A stretch of DNA of 63,249 nt, filler included, from Chiloscyllium plagiosum (GCF_004010195.1; 5 parts of one record of this genome joined end to end with filler, not necessarily neighbours in it); one strand, 5' to 3'. Numbered from the whole stretch's first letter, positions 12,141 to 26,735 are shown. Notes: generated by a model from the sequence alone, not told the origin. Numbers and translations are program-made.

Positions 12141-13363
12141 AAATAACAATTACTCTCTGTTTCCTGTCACTGACCCAATTATTGATCTAATGCACCACAT
12201 TTCTCAGAATCCTGTGGAATTTTACTTTTCTTGTCAAATGCCTTATTAAAATCCATGTGCCAACAGCCACTGCACCACCCTCATCAACTCTCTTTCTTAC
12301 ACATCAGAAAATTCGATTTAGTAAAGCACAACTTTCTCTTTACAAGACTATGTTGACCAAGCCTAATTAATCCATGCCTAAGTGATAATATATTGTATTT
12401 CTCAGAATTGATTCTAATAATTAGTCTTACCAGCCTATCATCACTACTTTTTTTAAAGGAAAATGGTACAAGTTTCACAAACGTCTGACCCTTTGGAACA
12501 TCATCTGTTTCTAGTAAGGATGGGAAAATGATCACAGCATCCACCATCTCTCCCTAGCATTCTTTAACAGCCTGGAATACGATGCAGGGAGGAGAAAATG
12601 AGGACTGCAGATGCTGGAGATCAGAGTTGAGAATGTGATGCTGGAAAAGCCCAGCAGGTCAGGCAGCATCCAAGGAGCAGGAGAATACAAAGCATTCAGC
12701 CTTGCTGTTTTATCCATGGTCAAGGATTCCAAACTGTCCAGTACTTCCTCTCTCATTATACTTATTATATCTAATGTTTCTCATTCCTCCTCTTTAGCCA
12801 GAATATTTTCATCATCCCTCATCTTTGTGAAGATGCAGACAACACTCATTAAGAATTCTACATCTTCTGCATCTAGACTTAAAGCTAATCATACAACTCT
12901 GATAGGCTCTATGATGGTCTCTCTGCTCCTGCACAAACTTAATAGTGGTACTGTTTACTTTATACGGACTCTCCACACTTCCATCAAAATGTATCATCTC
13001 ACCATTCTCGGCAATGAACTTCATCTGCCAGCTGTCCACTCATTTCACCTGTATGTCAATGTCCTTTTGATGTTCTACACTGTCTTCCCCACAGTTTGAT
13101 AATGCCTTTTTTGATCTGAGAACAATTATCACATTCTACTGGTGTTTCAGGTTGGTAATACTTAGAATACACAAAATGTCATCTATCAAGTCTGCCACAA
13201 AAAGGCTTTTTTCAGAAGCCAACTCAATACTTAAAAGTCTCCAAACATTAACCAGAAATTAAAATAAGACATTGTTTGGCAATTAGACAACTGACAATTA
13301 TAGTGTTGCTGTTGTGATACTGCCTGAACTGCTATTTCCAAAAGCTGCCACATTGTAGTTTAT

Positions 13364-13660
13364 CTAGATTAGATTCCCAAGTGTGGAAACAGGCCCTTCG
13401 GCCCAACAAGTCCACACTGACCCTCCGAAGTGTAACCCACCCAGACCCATTTCCCTCTGACTAATGCACCTAACACTACAGACAATTTAGCATGGCTAAT
13501 TCACCTGACCTGGAAAGAAACCGGAGCACCCAGAAGAAACCCACGCAGACACGGGGAGAATGTGCAAACTCCACACAGACAGACGTCCAAGGCTGGAATT
13601 GAACCTGGGATCCTGGTGCTGTGAGGCAGCAGTGCTAACCACTGGGCCACCGTGCCACCC
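13364..13660 (-). mobile_element. HE1-type V-SINE
   Basis: Same head, V domain and tail as 11247-11577. Confidence 0.85.
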
Positions 13661-13674
13661 CTACAAATGATTTG

Positions 13675-14011
13675 CTCCCTGGAGTTGTTCAGGGAGAGGT
13701 GGGCGCCGCAGGGAGTGGAGTGCATTATTTCCCCCTCCAACTCTATTTTGATTTAATCCCTGCCCTCCCCTTCACTGTTTTGATCATGCAGCATTGTCTT
13801 TTGATGTGAAGGGCACTGCTTGTCACTGGCTACTCGGGTGTTTTCCTTTCTTCCTGGTGGTGGAAATTGAATAAAGATTCATGCACCTTGTGTCTTTGAC
13901 TATGTCTCACACCTGCACACACACACCATGGGTGCTGGGGGAAAAATAAGCACTACCGCAGTTTGGCGGTAGTGCGGGGGGTTTAAAAAAAAGAGGAAAA
14001 AAGAAAAAAAA
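13675..14011 (+). mobile_element. 5'-truncated Tx1/L1-type LINE 3' end with 12-bp TSD
   Basis: FRERWAPQGVECIISPSNSILI* C-terminus, AATAAA, 3' hairpin, poly(A). TSD ACAAATGATTTG at 13663-13674 and 14012-14023. Confidence 0.7.
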
Positions 14012-15762
14012 ACAAATGATTTGTTTCTGTACTTTATGAAATTATGATTGATTGAGACCACATAATTAACTGACAAGCATTATTAAGTGCTTCACATCCA
14101 GGAGAAATAGAGAAAAATAAAAAGGCAAAAAAAACCCACAGATGATTGCATAACAGTTAGCATAGGAAAGCTTGATCCTATTAATAACGGTTGCGACTGC
14201 TATTTTTTTTAATTAGAAGGGAATGAGAGACCAAGGACTTTAAGCAGGAAGTTCCAGAGAATAGAACTAAGGCAACTCAAATCTTCTGTTCGCAAGAGAT
14301 GAGGAAGAGCAAGGCAAATAGATCAAGAGAACCAAAACTGGAGGGGGAGAAGGTGGCAGAGGGAACACAAGGTTGGAGAAGATCACAGTAATAGTACAGG
14401 GCAATGCCATGGAATGAACCGAACACGTTTCAAACGTAATTGATTGCAGGAGAAGAAATGTGTGGTCAGTGAGAACAGGTATGAAAGCAAGCCAGAATTG
14501 GATAGCTTTCTTGTGCTTACGTACTGCATTTCACAACCATTGCTTTGTGCATCTCCGGTGCAACATTCAGCCTGTATTCCTCTCTCTGTCGAAGCAACCT
14601 ATGATCTGAATGCCCTTGTTTGCTATGATCTGCTTGTAGTGCTCACACAACAAAGCTTCTCACCATTCTTAGGTACATGCGACCACAATAAATCAAATCA
14701 AACCAAACCAAATTACTCCATGTCCTCGAGGGTTTTGCAGCTAATGAAACATTCTTTGAAGCACAACCATAGCTGTAATATAGGAAATGAACCAATTAAA
14801 ACAGCAATAATGACCAAATGGTCTGCTTTTGTAATGTTAAATAAAGAATAAATATTATCCACGACACCAGGGATAATGCTTCAGCTCGATTGGAAAATAA
14901 CGTTAAGGTACCTTCGACATTCACCTGAGGAGATCGATGGGAAGAATGGCTGAATGTCAAATTTGCAAGTCACAGGCCTGGACTTGCCTGCAGTAGAAGA
15001 GACTCTGTGAACAGGTGAAAATAATGACTGGGAAATGATTTCAGAATTCCCAGCTTAATTGTCAGCAAAGAATTCGCAATAAGATTTTGTGAACCCACAG
15101 GCATTCAATGAAACAGCTGACTCTCTGGAAGATTTTGCTGTTTTGAGAGCTCTGAATTCTTCTGTCAATGGTACAATTAAGTGGCTCCAGGTGCTTGCAG
15201 TTTCTGCTATTGTACTTTAAACTATCTGCTGATTGGCACATCGACCTATAGCAAAAAGTATTTTTTTAAAAACAAGGTGGAACATTATCAATACTTTTAT
15301 GTTAGGAATGCTTTTCTAATGATCTCATTGTCAATGCAGGGCTTATTGATTCCATGTAGTGTGTGAGTAGGTTTGAAAGTGCCATAATACAGTATAAAGG
15401 CATGAGGAATCAATGGAAATGGGTAGGTAGAGGCATTGCTTACCATTGGAACACAAGGGGCCATGGGGTATGGGTTAGAGGCATAGCTTGGTGTGGCAGG
15501 TATGATGTGCCATGGGGCATTGGTGGAGCATATGACACACATTAGAGGCAGGTAGAGCTATGGTGAGGTAGGAGGGAGCTTCCTAGGCATTGGGGGATGG
15601 GTCACAAGGAGCCTTGGGGAATGGTGAGGTGGCCTGAATAAGACAAGAACAGAAAATGGGAGTGGTGTGTGAGAGGTTTTGAGAGGTGAGAACGAAACAA
15701 CTTCACGTTTTAAAAGATAACTGGAACAAAATCCCACAGCACTAAAGTATACCTTTTAAATA

Positions 15763-16317
15763 TTGGGAGACAGGCCGCCGAACTTGCGGAACGTTTCAGA
15801 GAACACCTCTGGGACACCCAGACCAACCAACCCAACCCATCCGTGGCTCAACACTTCAACTCCCCCTCCCACTCCACCAAGGACATGCAGGTCCTTGGAC
15901 TCCTCCATCGCCAGACCATAGCAACACAACGGTTGGAAGAAGAGCGCCTCATCTTCCGCCTAGGAACCCTTCAACCACAAGGGATGAACTCAGATTTCTC
16001 AAGTTTCCTCATTTCCCCTACCCCCACCTTGTCTCAGTCCCAACCCTCGAACTCAGCACCACCTTCCAAACCTGCAATCTTCTTCCGGACCTCTCCGCCC
16101 CCACCCCACTCCGGCCTATCACCCTCACCTTGACTTCCTTCCAACTATCGCATTTCCAACGTCCCTCCCCCAAGTCCCTCCTCCCTATCTTTTATCTTAG
16201 CCTGCTGGACACACTTTCCTCATTCCTGAAGAAGGGCTTATGCCCGAAATGTCGATTCCCCTGTTCCTTGGATGTTGCCTGACCTGCTGCGCTTTTCCAG
16301 CAACACATTTTCAGCTC
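15763..16317 (+). mobile_element. 5'-truncated Penelope (GIY-YIG end + hammerhead-bearing tail), 14-bp TSD
   Basis: AERFREHL...AQHFNSPSH...RLEEERLIFRLGTLQPQGMN. TSD ATACCTTTTAAATA at 15749-15762 and 16318-16331. Confidence 0.88.
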
Positions 16318-16659
16318 ATACCTTTTAAATAGCCCACCTCAACTCCTGGCCGGCTCCTACTTTAGAATTCTTTCCAACATGAACTGCCCTGATTGTAGCC
16401 GTGTAGCCTGTGATAAAACTCCTGTCTTTGTGGACACTTTTGGTCATGGCCGGTAGAGGGGTGAAGCTGGGAATTTTCCTGACTCCTGCCATCCACCTGG
16501 AGGGTGAAATTCCCCAGGCCACGATCTTCGATTGCCCAGCACTGCTCAGTACAGCACTGATGTGTCAGCCTAAATTGTCCTGAAGCAGCTTCTGAAACCA
16601 CAATCTGACTGGGAAGTGTGTGCGTCACCAAGTCAGCCACGACGGACAGTAAGAATTCA

Positions 16660-17092
16660 ATATCCCAGACCCCACGGTGGATGACAGATAAGCAAAATTA
16701 AATGGAAACAGAACAGATGAGGAGGAGGCAATTACCAGCAAGGATATGTGGATATACAGGCGGGCAACATGCAAAGCTGCAAGTATGTAGTCTTGGTGAT
16801 GGATAGAGTTTGAAGCTTGAAGCTCAGCATGAAGAGGGACTATGTGCTGCCATATTTGTCTTGGAAGACTGACTGGGGCAGTAAACAGTGAACAAGGAAA
16901 TGGAACTGAAGTGGTTAAAATAAGTTTACAAAGAATTGGTTGCAAATCTTATCAGATCGAATGGATACAGTTAGAAGCGATGAGCAATTTGCAACAGCAA
17001 CAGTATGTGATGGATGGCAGTTATAGGAAGGGGGGGAAAAGTCTCAGATACAGTCACATAGATGGGTTAACTCCAGGAAAGGCAAGAGAGGT
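16660..17092 (+). mobile_element. CR1 ORF1-region remnant
   Basis: Cys-rich start followed by coiled-coil-like LEAMSNLQQ. Ends at the gap. Confidence 0.5.
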
Positions 17093-17192
17093 NNNNNNNN
17101 NNNNNNNNNNNNNNNNNNNNNNNNNNNNNNNNNNNNTTAATTAATTAANNNNNNNNNNNNNNNNNNNNNNNNNNNNNNNNNNNNNNNNNNNN
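17093..17192. other. Assembly gap with six-frame-stop linker
   Basis: 44N-TTAATTAATTAA-44N. Confidence 0.98.
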
Positions 17193-17902
17193 AAGAGACC
17201 TTGGAGTGCAGGTTCATAGCTCCTTGAAAGTGGAGTTGCAGGTAGATAGGATAGTGAAGAAGGCGTTTGGTATGCTTTCCTTTATTGGTCAGAGTATTGA
17301 GTACAGGAGTTGGGAGGTCATGTTGCGGCTCTACAGGACATTGGTTAGGCCACTGTTGGAATATTGGGTGCATTTCTGGTCTCCTTCCTATCGGAAAGAT
17401 GTTGTGAAACTTGAAAGGGTTCAGAAAAGATTTAGAAGGATGTTGCCAGAGTTGGAGGATTTGAGCTATAGGGAGAAGCTGAACAGGCTGGGGCTGTTTT
17501 CCATGGAGTGTCGGAGGCTGAGGGATAACCTTGTAGAGGTTTACAAAATTATGAGAGGCATGGATAGGATAAATAGACAGTTTTTTCCCTGGGTTCAGGG
17601 AGTCCAGAACTAGAAGGCATAGGTTTAGGGTGAGAGGGGAAAGATATAAAAGAGACCTACGGGGCAACTTTTTCACACAAGAGAGTGGTACGGGTATGAA
17701 ATGAGTTGCCAGAGGAAGTGGTGGAGGCTGGGTCAATTGCAACATTGAAGAGGCATTTGGATGGGTATATAAATAGGAAGGGTTTGGTGGGATATGGGCC
17801 GGGTGCTGGCAGGTGGGACTGGATTGGGTTGGGATATCTGGTCGGCATGGACGGATTGGACCGAACGGTCTGTTTCCATGTTGTACATCTCTATGACTGT
17901 AT
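17193..17902 (+). mobile_element. CR1/HER1 LINE 3' part
   Basis: RDLGVQVHSSLKV...LYRTLVRPLLEY...tail. Confidence 0.92.
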
Positions 17903-18749
17903 GTGCCAACTTTAAGTGTTCCCTTTTCAAAAGTACTTAGCATTAAAACAAAAAAATGACTTTCCCCTCAACGTATGTGCTGAGCTGGATGTTTGGGTTT
18001 GTTATTTGGTGTCTATTGCAAGTCCAGTCAGACTGTATCAAATGGATTAGGGAAATATACAAACATTCGTCTTAGTCAAGGACAGAATTTTCTTCTTTGT
18101 TGATGCACCCAATCTTGCTCAGTCAGGAACCAACTTTTTGCCCCCTTTTGGAAATGGCAAAAGAAACAAATGAACAGCACAGCAGGTTTAGTCTGACTGG
18201 CTCAAATTGTAACAGGATGAATAAACTTGTTCTGCAACTTTTTCGGCTGAAAGAACTCTTTTCAAAATTATAATCAGAAATCCCCAGTAACGTACCCAGT
18301 CTCACAGCACCTAACGTTTGTATTACTGTGTAACATACACAATATAAAGTGTTGCATATAGTTGTGTTTTCGCTTCTTCATCAGTCCCTTAGAATGGAGG
18401 ATGACTTTCTTCCACGTCAGTGTTGTGGGTATTGACGTGACAAAACAATCCAAAATGTTGGTGAATTCACATTCTGCCATCTGCCATGTTAGGATTCAAA
18501 CTTTCGTCCCTCGAAGATTACCGAATCTCTGGATTAATAGTCTAGTGATATTATCACTTCCTCAGAACTAAAAATCTGTGGTGGAAGCCAACATTGAGGA
18601 TTGAACACACAACAGTGGTGTTATTAGCACCTCTTGAGCAAAAATCAGCCATCAGACAATGCTGGATCTGCAAGGCCTACAGGTAGGGCAAGTGGGGTTT
18701 GCTGGTAGCCTTCTTGAAGCATTGCACTGTAGCAACACCCAGGCCGGAG

Positions 18750-19063
18750 ATTAGATTAGATTACTTACAGTGTGGAAACAGGCCCTTCGGCCCAACAAGT
18801 CCACACTGACCCTCCGAAGAGCAACCCACCCAGACCCATTCCCCTATATTTACCCCTTCACCTAACACTACGGGCAATTTAGCATGGCCAATTCACCTAA
18901 CCTGCACATTTTTGGATTGTGGGAGGAAACCGGAGCACCCAAGGGAAACCCACGCAGACACTGGGAGAACGTGCAAACTCCACACAGTCAGTTGCTTGAT
19001 GCGGGAATTGAACCTGGGTTTCTGGCACTGTGAGGCAGCAGTGCTAACCACTGTGCCACCGTG
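18750..19063 (-). mobile_element. HE1-type V-SINE
   Basis: Same consensus. Confidence 0.9.
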
Positions 19064-20145
19064 CTGAGAAATAGTTGTTAGCTTACTGTTGAAGATTTGT
19101 ACCATGTGTAGAACAGCAAGACGTTGGAGTGCGCAAGAGAGGCAGAGGGAAAATATTAGGCAAGGTGGTACGTTGCTTCCAAAAGTCAAATTCCATTCTA
19201 ATGTACAGCCTTCTATGGAAGAGCACAAACATAATGGCGTACTTTTTCCTTTCTTAAAAAGTAATCCCTGTTATCTTTAAGAGTAAAACTCTGATACTGT
19301 TTACACTAAAGCTGAAAACAGACTTCATAAAAAATTTAATTCTCCATCTGAAAGTAGCTGGACTTCAATCACTGGAAATTACTTGAGATGATTATACTGG
19401 ACAAGTTACTACCTTGATTGGCATAAACATGTCAATTTCTGAATTAATTTACTTATTTTTGAACATGTTGAAAATTTTTTGAAAAATTCCAAGAAAATAA
19501 GCACAATTTGGAAGCCCCAATTAAAACTTGCTTTGCTGACCTTGAGGGTTTCAGGAAAACAGATTTCTCAGCTGACATTAAAAAGTGACTTATGCATGAC
19601 AAAATTTAAACACAAAATTTCCCCAACCTTTATCATTGAATTAGCTGTTTTTGTAGTCTAAGGGGTTAAATGTCTGACTGTCTAGCTAATGAGAAATGTG
19701 TTACAGGAAGTGATGCAGTGTCACAAGATCTTGCTCTCTCTTGCAGTCTGGTGGCAAGATGAAGCCCTAGTAATATATCTCCTTAAATTAAGTTAATCAT
19801 TTCCTGACTTTAGCTGGCTCTAAGTATTCTATAACAGCAGTTATGAAACCAATGAAAGATCATACGCAGACAACATGGATGACATTAGCAGAAGCACTAC
19901 TCCTGGGTCTGGTCAGGCATTGCTTGAAAGATGGTTAAGCTTTAGATTTGCCCTTCCTGTGGGAAACCATCCCAACTGCAGGGCCCAGACTGGGAAACTG
20001 ATGTTGAATAACCACAAGTGTAAGCCAGGTTGTTCCAGCATCATCACTCGTGGGTTTGGAAAGGCCAGAGAAGGGACTCCCCCAGATTCCCTGTTCTAAA
20101 AGAAGTGGAGGCCCAGCAAGCAGGCTACTATCAAGATAAATAGTA

Positions 20146-20441
20146 GCGGCACGGTGGCTAGCACTGCTGCCTCACAGCGCCGGAGACCCGGGTTCAATTC
20201 CCGCCTCAGGCAACTGACTGTGTGGAGTTTGCACGTTCTCCCCGTGTCTGCGTGGGTTTCCTCCGGCTGCTCCGGTTTCCTCCCACAATCCAAAGATGTG
20301 CAGGTCAGGTGAACTGGGCATGCTAAATTGCCTGTAGTGTTAGGTAAGGGGTAAATGTAGGGGTATGGGTGGGTTGCGCTTCGGCAGGTCGGTGTGGACT
20401 TGTTGGGCGAAGGGCCTGTTTCCACACTGTAATGTGATCTA
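20146..20441 (+). mobile_element. HE1-type V-SINE
   Basis: Same consensus. Confidence 0.9.
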
Positions 20442-20987
20442 AATACTAATCAGCAGAACAAAAGGAAACAAACTGAATCAAGATGCAGTGATTGGATGAC
20501 AAGAAGCTTGCCTATGTGACGTAAATTGAAAAATGTATTTCTTTGCTGGGTGGTGAAAAATTCTCTGCCAAAGGTAGATAATCCATTTAATACGTTCTGT
20601 CTCAGATGTTGAGAGGCCCATGTGCCATGGTGGTGCCAGGTGAGGTTTAGATTTGCACCTTAAACTCCACTTATTTTTTAAAAAGTAATTGATTTAAATG
20701 TATATCTTAACATGCGTGCATGCACTTTTAAAGGAAGTGTTACATTAAAATATAGCAGACATTTCCTTAAATATGACAATTTCCACTTTCCCACATACTA
20801 TTTGCAAGTCCTGAACTTTACAGCAATCTGCCTGTGAAAAAAGGATTTGTCTACAGATAGATCATGATAACTAAAGCAGCAAAAAGTGATGGCTGAGCCC
20901 CTTCCCTATCATCTTCCTCCCGGAAAAGCTCACTTTTTTTGTGAAGTTTGATCGAGTACCATCAACACGACTCCAATTGCTTTCCAA

Positions 20988-21890
20988 AACATAGAACATA
21001 ACAGCGCAGTAGAGGCACTTCAGCCCTCGATATTGCGACGACCTGTGAAATTATCTGATGCCCATCTAACCTACACCATTCCATTATTATTATCCATATA
21101 TCCATCCAAAACCCATTTAAATGTCCTTAACGTCGGCGAGTCTACTACTGTTGCAGGCAGGACATTCCATGCCCCTCCTGAGTAAAGAAACTACCCTGAT
21201 AGCTGTCCTAAATCTATCACCCTTCAATTTAAAGCCATGCCCCCTCATGTTAGCCTTCACCATCTCTCACTGTCCACCCTATCCAACCCTCTGATTATAT
21301 TATACATCTCGATTAAGTCACCTCTCAACCTTCTTCTCTCCAGCAAAAACAGCCTCAGTTCCCTCAGCCTTTACTTGCAAGACCTTCCTTCCATACCAGG
21401 CAACATTCTAGTAAATCTCCTCTAAACCCTTTCCAAAGCTTCCATATCCTTCCTACAATGTGGTGACCAGAACTGTACCCATTACTCCAGGTGCGGCCTT
21501 ACCAGTGTCTTGCATGATCTTGCAGCTCTGAAACCCAATTCCTTTACCAAAAACACCAACACATCATATGTCTTCTTAACAACCCTACCAACCTGGGTGG
21601 CAACTTCCAGGGATTTATGCACCAGGACGCAGAGATCTCTCTGTTCAAGTACACTGCCAAGAATTTTACCATAAGCCCAGTACTCTGCATTCCTGTTACT
21701 TCTTCCGAAGTGAACTATATCAAACTTTTCCGCATTAAACTCCATTTGCCACTTCTCAGCCCAGCTCTGCATCTTATCACCTATGTCCCTTTGTGACCCA
21801 CAATATCCTTCGGCACTATCCACAAATCTGCCTACTTTAGTTTTGTCCGCAAATTTACTAATCCATCCTGCTTTGCCCACATCTAGATCA
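20988..21890 (-). mobile_element. CR1 LINE fragment with (TTCTATG)n tail
   Basis: ISKFADKTK, WAEKWQMEFN, KTLVRPHLE. Confidence 0.88.
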
Positions 21891-23304
21891 TTTATAAAAA
21901 TGACAATTCAGACTTAGAATTCTGGCCAAAATATCCACTTTGCACAGACTGCAGCAGTCAACTTTCAGTGGTATGTAACCCATATCCTGTGATGTGAACA
22001 GTGGCAGAAAAATCACTGTGGGTGCTTGACTTGCCAAATTTTGCTCATTTTTAAGAGCTCCTTTTTCAATGGAAACCAAAAGAACTGCAGATGCTCTAAA
22101 ATCAGAAGCAAAAACAGAAATTACTAGAAAAGCTCAGCAGGTCTGGAAGTATCTGTGGAGAGAAATCCTGGGTCCCGGGTCCCATGACCTCTAGTTGTGT
22201 TTCATTTTCTGTTTTTGTTCCTTTTAAAAACATTGGTCACCATGTAGCCTCCACTATCTCAGTTCTACAGCACAATAATCACAACACAAAAAAAGGTGTT
22301 GCACATAAAGTATTTTAAAAATGCTTTAAAAGAAAACTAGTGTTTATGTGCAGGTACCAATGACAGGGCGTTCCTGTTGCTTCCTGCCGAGTCCGTCCAA
22401 CCTTAGTATAATGTTTACATTGATCTGGGAGTTGGTTAGCTTATTTGGCTGGATTACTACAATGCCCAGAGTGACATCAATAATCAGTTCAATTCCTACT
22501 ACTGATCGGAGGTTATGATGAAGGCCCTGCCTATTCTCAACCTCACCCAAGGCCGTGTGACCCTTGGGTTAAACTCATCAACAATTAGCTCTCTCGAATG
22601 AGAGAGTAGTCTATGGCCCTCTGGGATTATGACAACTTGCATTTTCAACACATCGCTCCTGCCTCACCACTCATTCACTGGTCTTCCCCAGTGTCCAACC
22701 CTTCCCTTTGTCGCAGCATTTTTCCAATTGTAATACCAGAAGTGTTTTGTAAGTACTTTCACATAATTTCACCAACACCCTCTCCCCACCCCCAGCGCAC
22801 AAGACTCCCCCATTTTGAGGACTACCACACTAGGATATGGTAGCTTTACAGTTACTTGCACAGCCTTAGGCAAAGTTTTATTCCAGTAATGTCAAAACTT
22901 TTAAAACAGCATGCCATACTATGGATATTTCCATTGCATGTCTCATCCATTGATTTCTCAATTTATCCAAAGCATCATTGGCACCACTCACAGGCCTGAG
23001 CTCAGGTTTCAGTTCATTTGCTGCTGAAACTATGAGCCAAGCTGTTGGTATCTCTGGACCTCATTATTCCAACGAACTTCCAGCCAGTCTCCCTTTTAAC
23101 ACTTTAAAACTCATCCAAAACCTGTATCCAACTCACACCAAGTCTCATTCATGTATCAATCCTGTGCTCGCTGACTTCTACTGGCTCCCAGTGAAGCAAC
23201 ATGATATTCAATTCTCATCCTCATTTCAAAACCTTCCCATGACTTTGTCCCTCCCTCTCTGGACCAGTGACTCTGTCATCCTTACAACCTTGTATGGAAG
23301 GTGC

Positions 23305-23750
23305 TAGCTATGAAGAGAGGTTGAGTAGGTTAGGATTGTTTTCATTAGCAAAAAAAAAAGGAGATTGAGGGGGAGGGGAACCTGATCGAGGTCTACAAAA
23401 TCCATGAAGGATAGAGACAGGGTAGATAGAGATAAGCTGTTTCCCAGGGTGAGGGATTCAATAACAAGAGGTCACGCGTTCAAGGGGAGAGGTGAAAAAT
23501 TTAAGGGGGATACATGCGGAAAGTATTTTACACAGAGGTGGTAGGTGCCTGGAAAGTGTTGCCAGCAGAGGCAGGCACAGTAGATTCAGTTATGATGCGT
23601 CTGGACGGATGCATGAGTAGGTGGGGAGCAGAGGGATACAGATGCTAAGAAATTGGGCAATAGGTTTAGAGAGTAGATTTGTATAGGCTCAGGCTTGGAG
23701 GGCCCAAAAGGCCTGTTCCTGGGCTGTAAGTTTTCTTTATTCTTTGTAAC
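23305..23750 (+). mobile_element. CR1 3' fragment
   Basis: SYEERLSRLGLFSL...DLIEVYK. Confidence 0.8.
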
Positions 23751-26404
23751 GTTCAGATATCTCTGCTCCTCCAATTCAGATCTTAAGTAAATTTGTTTTC
23801 AACCACTTCATCAGCAACCATGCCCCAAGCTCTGGAATTCCTTCCCTAAATCTCTTTACTTTCTTTATGATGCTCTTTAAAACCTCCTCTGACCACAGTT
23901 TCTGTCACCAGCATGAATATTGGTTGCATATGGTTCTGTGTCTAATTTAATTTGATAATGCTTCTGGAAACACCTTGGGAAGTTTGCCATATTAATGCCA
24001 CTTGAGAAGTAGAAGTTGTTATAAAGGAGCTGTACAAATGCAAACTGATATTGTGCTAATTAATACGCCACACTCTTGCTCTACTCACAATGATGATTTG
24101 ACTCTTATAATATAGACATGATTCAATATCAATATGTGCCATAACCTCTTTTGTTGACATAACTACCATAACATGGCGAAGCACTCAAGAAAGGCTGTTG
24201 AACTTTCAACTTTACTCCTTTATTTTTCTAGATAATATTAAAAGGTCATAGTTAATATGAAAGTCCTGCTTATTTCTTTATTTTTCTACTTGTTCTATGA
24301 AGCTCTTAACTTTTAAAAAAAAAACTTTGTTTCTCCTTTTACTACTTTGTACCAAAGTTTTTGTACCTGGGTACCTCTTTATCTAAGCTGGCATCACATG
24401 TGGCAACATTATATACTCTGATTCTTGAGTACAAGTGACAATAAAAGCTAGATCTAAAGTATTGTTTCTTCTTGCGTGCTTTTTTAAATCCTCATTTGAA
24501 GAGCAATTTTAAAATACAGAGCTCAGGATTTTAGTAAGATAAATGCAGGAAGAAAAAAAATCTCTCATATTACACAGTTGCATCCCTTTGTAAATTCTAA
24601 GATGACGTGGAAATTCTGATTGAGAATAGTGTTGTCTCCTCCTTGCTTTCAACCAACCATATTAGGCAACATGAAATCCATCCACAGTAGTTTTACAGAA
24701 TAAAAACATCAGTGTTTCAAGTCTCCCTTGAATCCAAGGATAACTCTTTGAAAGCAACTCTTCAGTTTAATTAATGATTCAGTGATATCATGTGAAGGAG
24801 CAGCAAAGACTTCTCACCTTGAAGCAACACAACCTATCGGAGCAGGTATTGAGCCCAAGACTAAATTCAGTTCAAAACTTTGAAGTTATTTTCTCCCTTC
24901 AAATCAGCTCCAAATGTGCAATCCAAGTGACAAACAATTACAACTCATTCTGTTCTGATAACCTTTGTATCTATTGCATTTGTTGCTACAAAGCATCTTT
25001 TTACCATCCCAATCTGTGGCTCAAAAGCAGCAAATCACAACAATTGGAAGCTTGGAAATCAAAAGGTGGTAAATGTTTGCCATTGACAAGGCATAAATCA
25101 GGAGCGTGATAAAAAGTTCTTTGCTTGCTTGGGGTGAATGCACCTTCAACAACAATCAATAAGCTTGACCAATACAGGACAAAAATCAGCCCACTGGATT
25201 GACACCATATCCACAAACATTCACCCCCTCTACCACCAATGCTCAGTAGCAATGTGTACCTTCTAAAAGATGAACTGCAAAAATTCAAACTCCTTAGTTG
25301 GCAGCTTCTAAACTCAATCACTTCCATCTAGCAGGACAAAGTCAGCAGATACGTGCAAACACCAGCATCCACAATTTCCCCTCCAAGCCTCCCGCCATTT
25401 GCATTAGGACGTGTACTGGTGTTCCTTCACTATTGTTGGATCAAAACTCTGGAATTACCTCCCTAATGACATCGCAGATCTTCCTACAGGCATGGACTTC
25501 AGAAACTCAATGAGGAAGTTCACCACTACCCTTTCAAGGACAACTAGGGATGGCAATAATGCTGGCCAGCCATGGGGCATCCACATCCGACAGAAATTTT
25601 TGTTTTGTAAAAGTGGGACAGAGAGCGACTAAATAAGAACACTGATGAAAGCTGCCAATCCTGATGGGCTCTCATCAGTCAAAGCAAATAAAAGTGAAAA
25701 ATGAATCAGCGGAAATGCTCAAAATATACCTACACCTTTTCAGAAATTGAAAGTTCCTATTTCCAAAATAGGGCTTAAGGTATTTTAAAATAACATAACG
25801 GATTTAAATCATCAAGTTGCTTTTTTGCTTCTCCCCTAAAATGTTTGTCCATGATACTTTTGCTAACTGCTGCCACTGAGGGGAAAATCCTGTCACCAAG
25901 AACATTTGGTGCTCATAAAATAATTTCCAGGACACATGAATAGAGTTTCTTACAGCCTAACATGGAAAAAATTATTTGAAGAAAGGCAAAGTAATCACAT
26001 TTTACAAGTTCTATTCAACGTCAACATTCATCTGTAAGATTCCTTTTAAAAGTGAACAGTGGGCTTGAAATTCATCTTGAAACGATGATGCAAAATAGGT
26101 GTTATTGGAACGGCTGCCCATGATGTACAACAAAGATTTAATTTAATTGACTGCAATCCTGGACGAGTGTGTGTGAGTGAGTGAGATACTAACTCATAAA
26201 AACAAATTACATAAAAATGATTGATAGTATTGATTACAGAACAGTGGCAGCTTTTACTCATTTAAAATTTTGAAACGTTATTTCTCCAGGGAATAGATAA
26301 CGGATATTGCCTGATGATACTTCCATTTGTCTGTATTCAAAATTAATTTGACTGCAATAAATTTATGCAGGATTCCAGAATTTTTTTTAAAATAATAAAA
26401 AAAA

Positions 26405-26735
26405 CAGAATCCTACAGCGTGGAAGCAGGCCATTCGGCCCATCAAATTCACACCAAGCCTCTGAACAGCATCTCACCCAGCCCCACACACACCACCCTAT
26501 CCTTGTAACCCTGCATTTCCCATGACTAATCCACCTAAATTACACATCTCTGGACACTATGGGCAAGTTAGCATGGCCAATCCACCTAGCCTTTTTTGGA
26601 CTGTGGGAGGAAACAGAGTGTCTAATCTAATAAAATGAAAACTCTGCTTAAACAGACAGTCACCCATGGCTGTAAATGACCCTAGGTCCCTGGCATTGTG
26701 ATGCTAGAATGCTGACCATCGAGCCACCCTGCTGC
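26405..26735 (-). mobile_element. HE1-type V-SINE, diverged
   Basis: Diverged V domain and tail. Confidence 0.7.

Larger units (their letters stand above)
10207..13100 (-). mobile_element. Cluster of minus-strand CR1 fragments interrupted by SINEs and a Penelope tail
   Basis: LELYKTLVRPQL, EEVLDSLESLTMDK, WQMKF motifs. Confidence 0.7.

Noticed and set aside
20146..20215. tRNA-like sequences
   Set aside because: These are SINE heads with A/B boxes that continue into SINE bodies. No standalone tRNA gene is supported.
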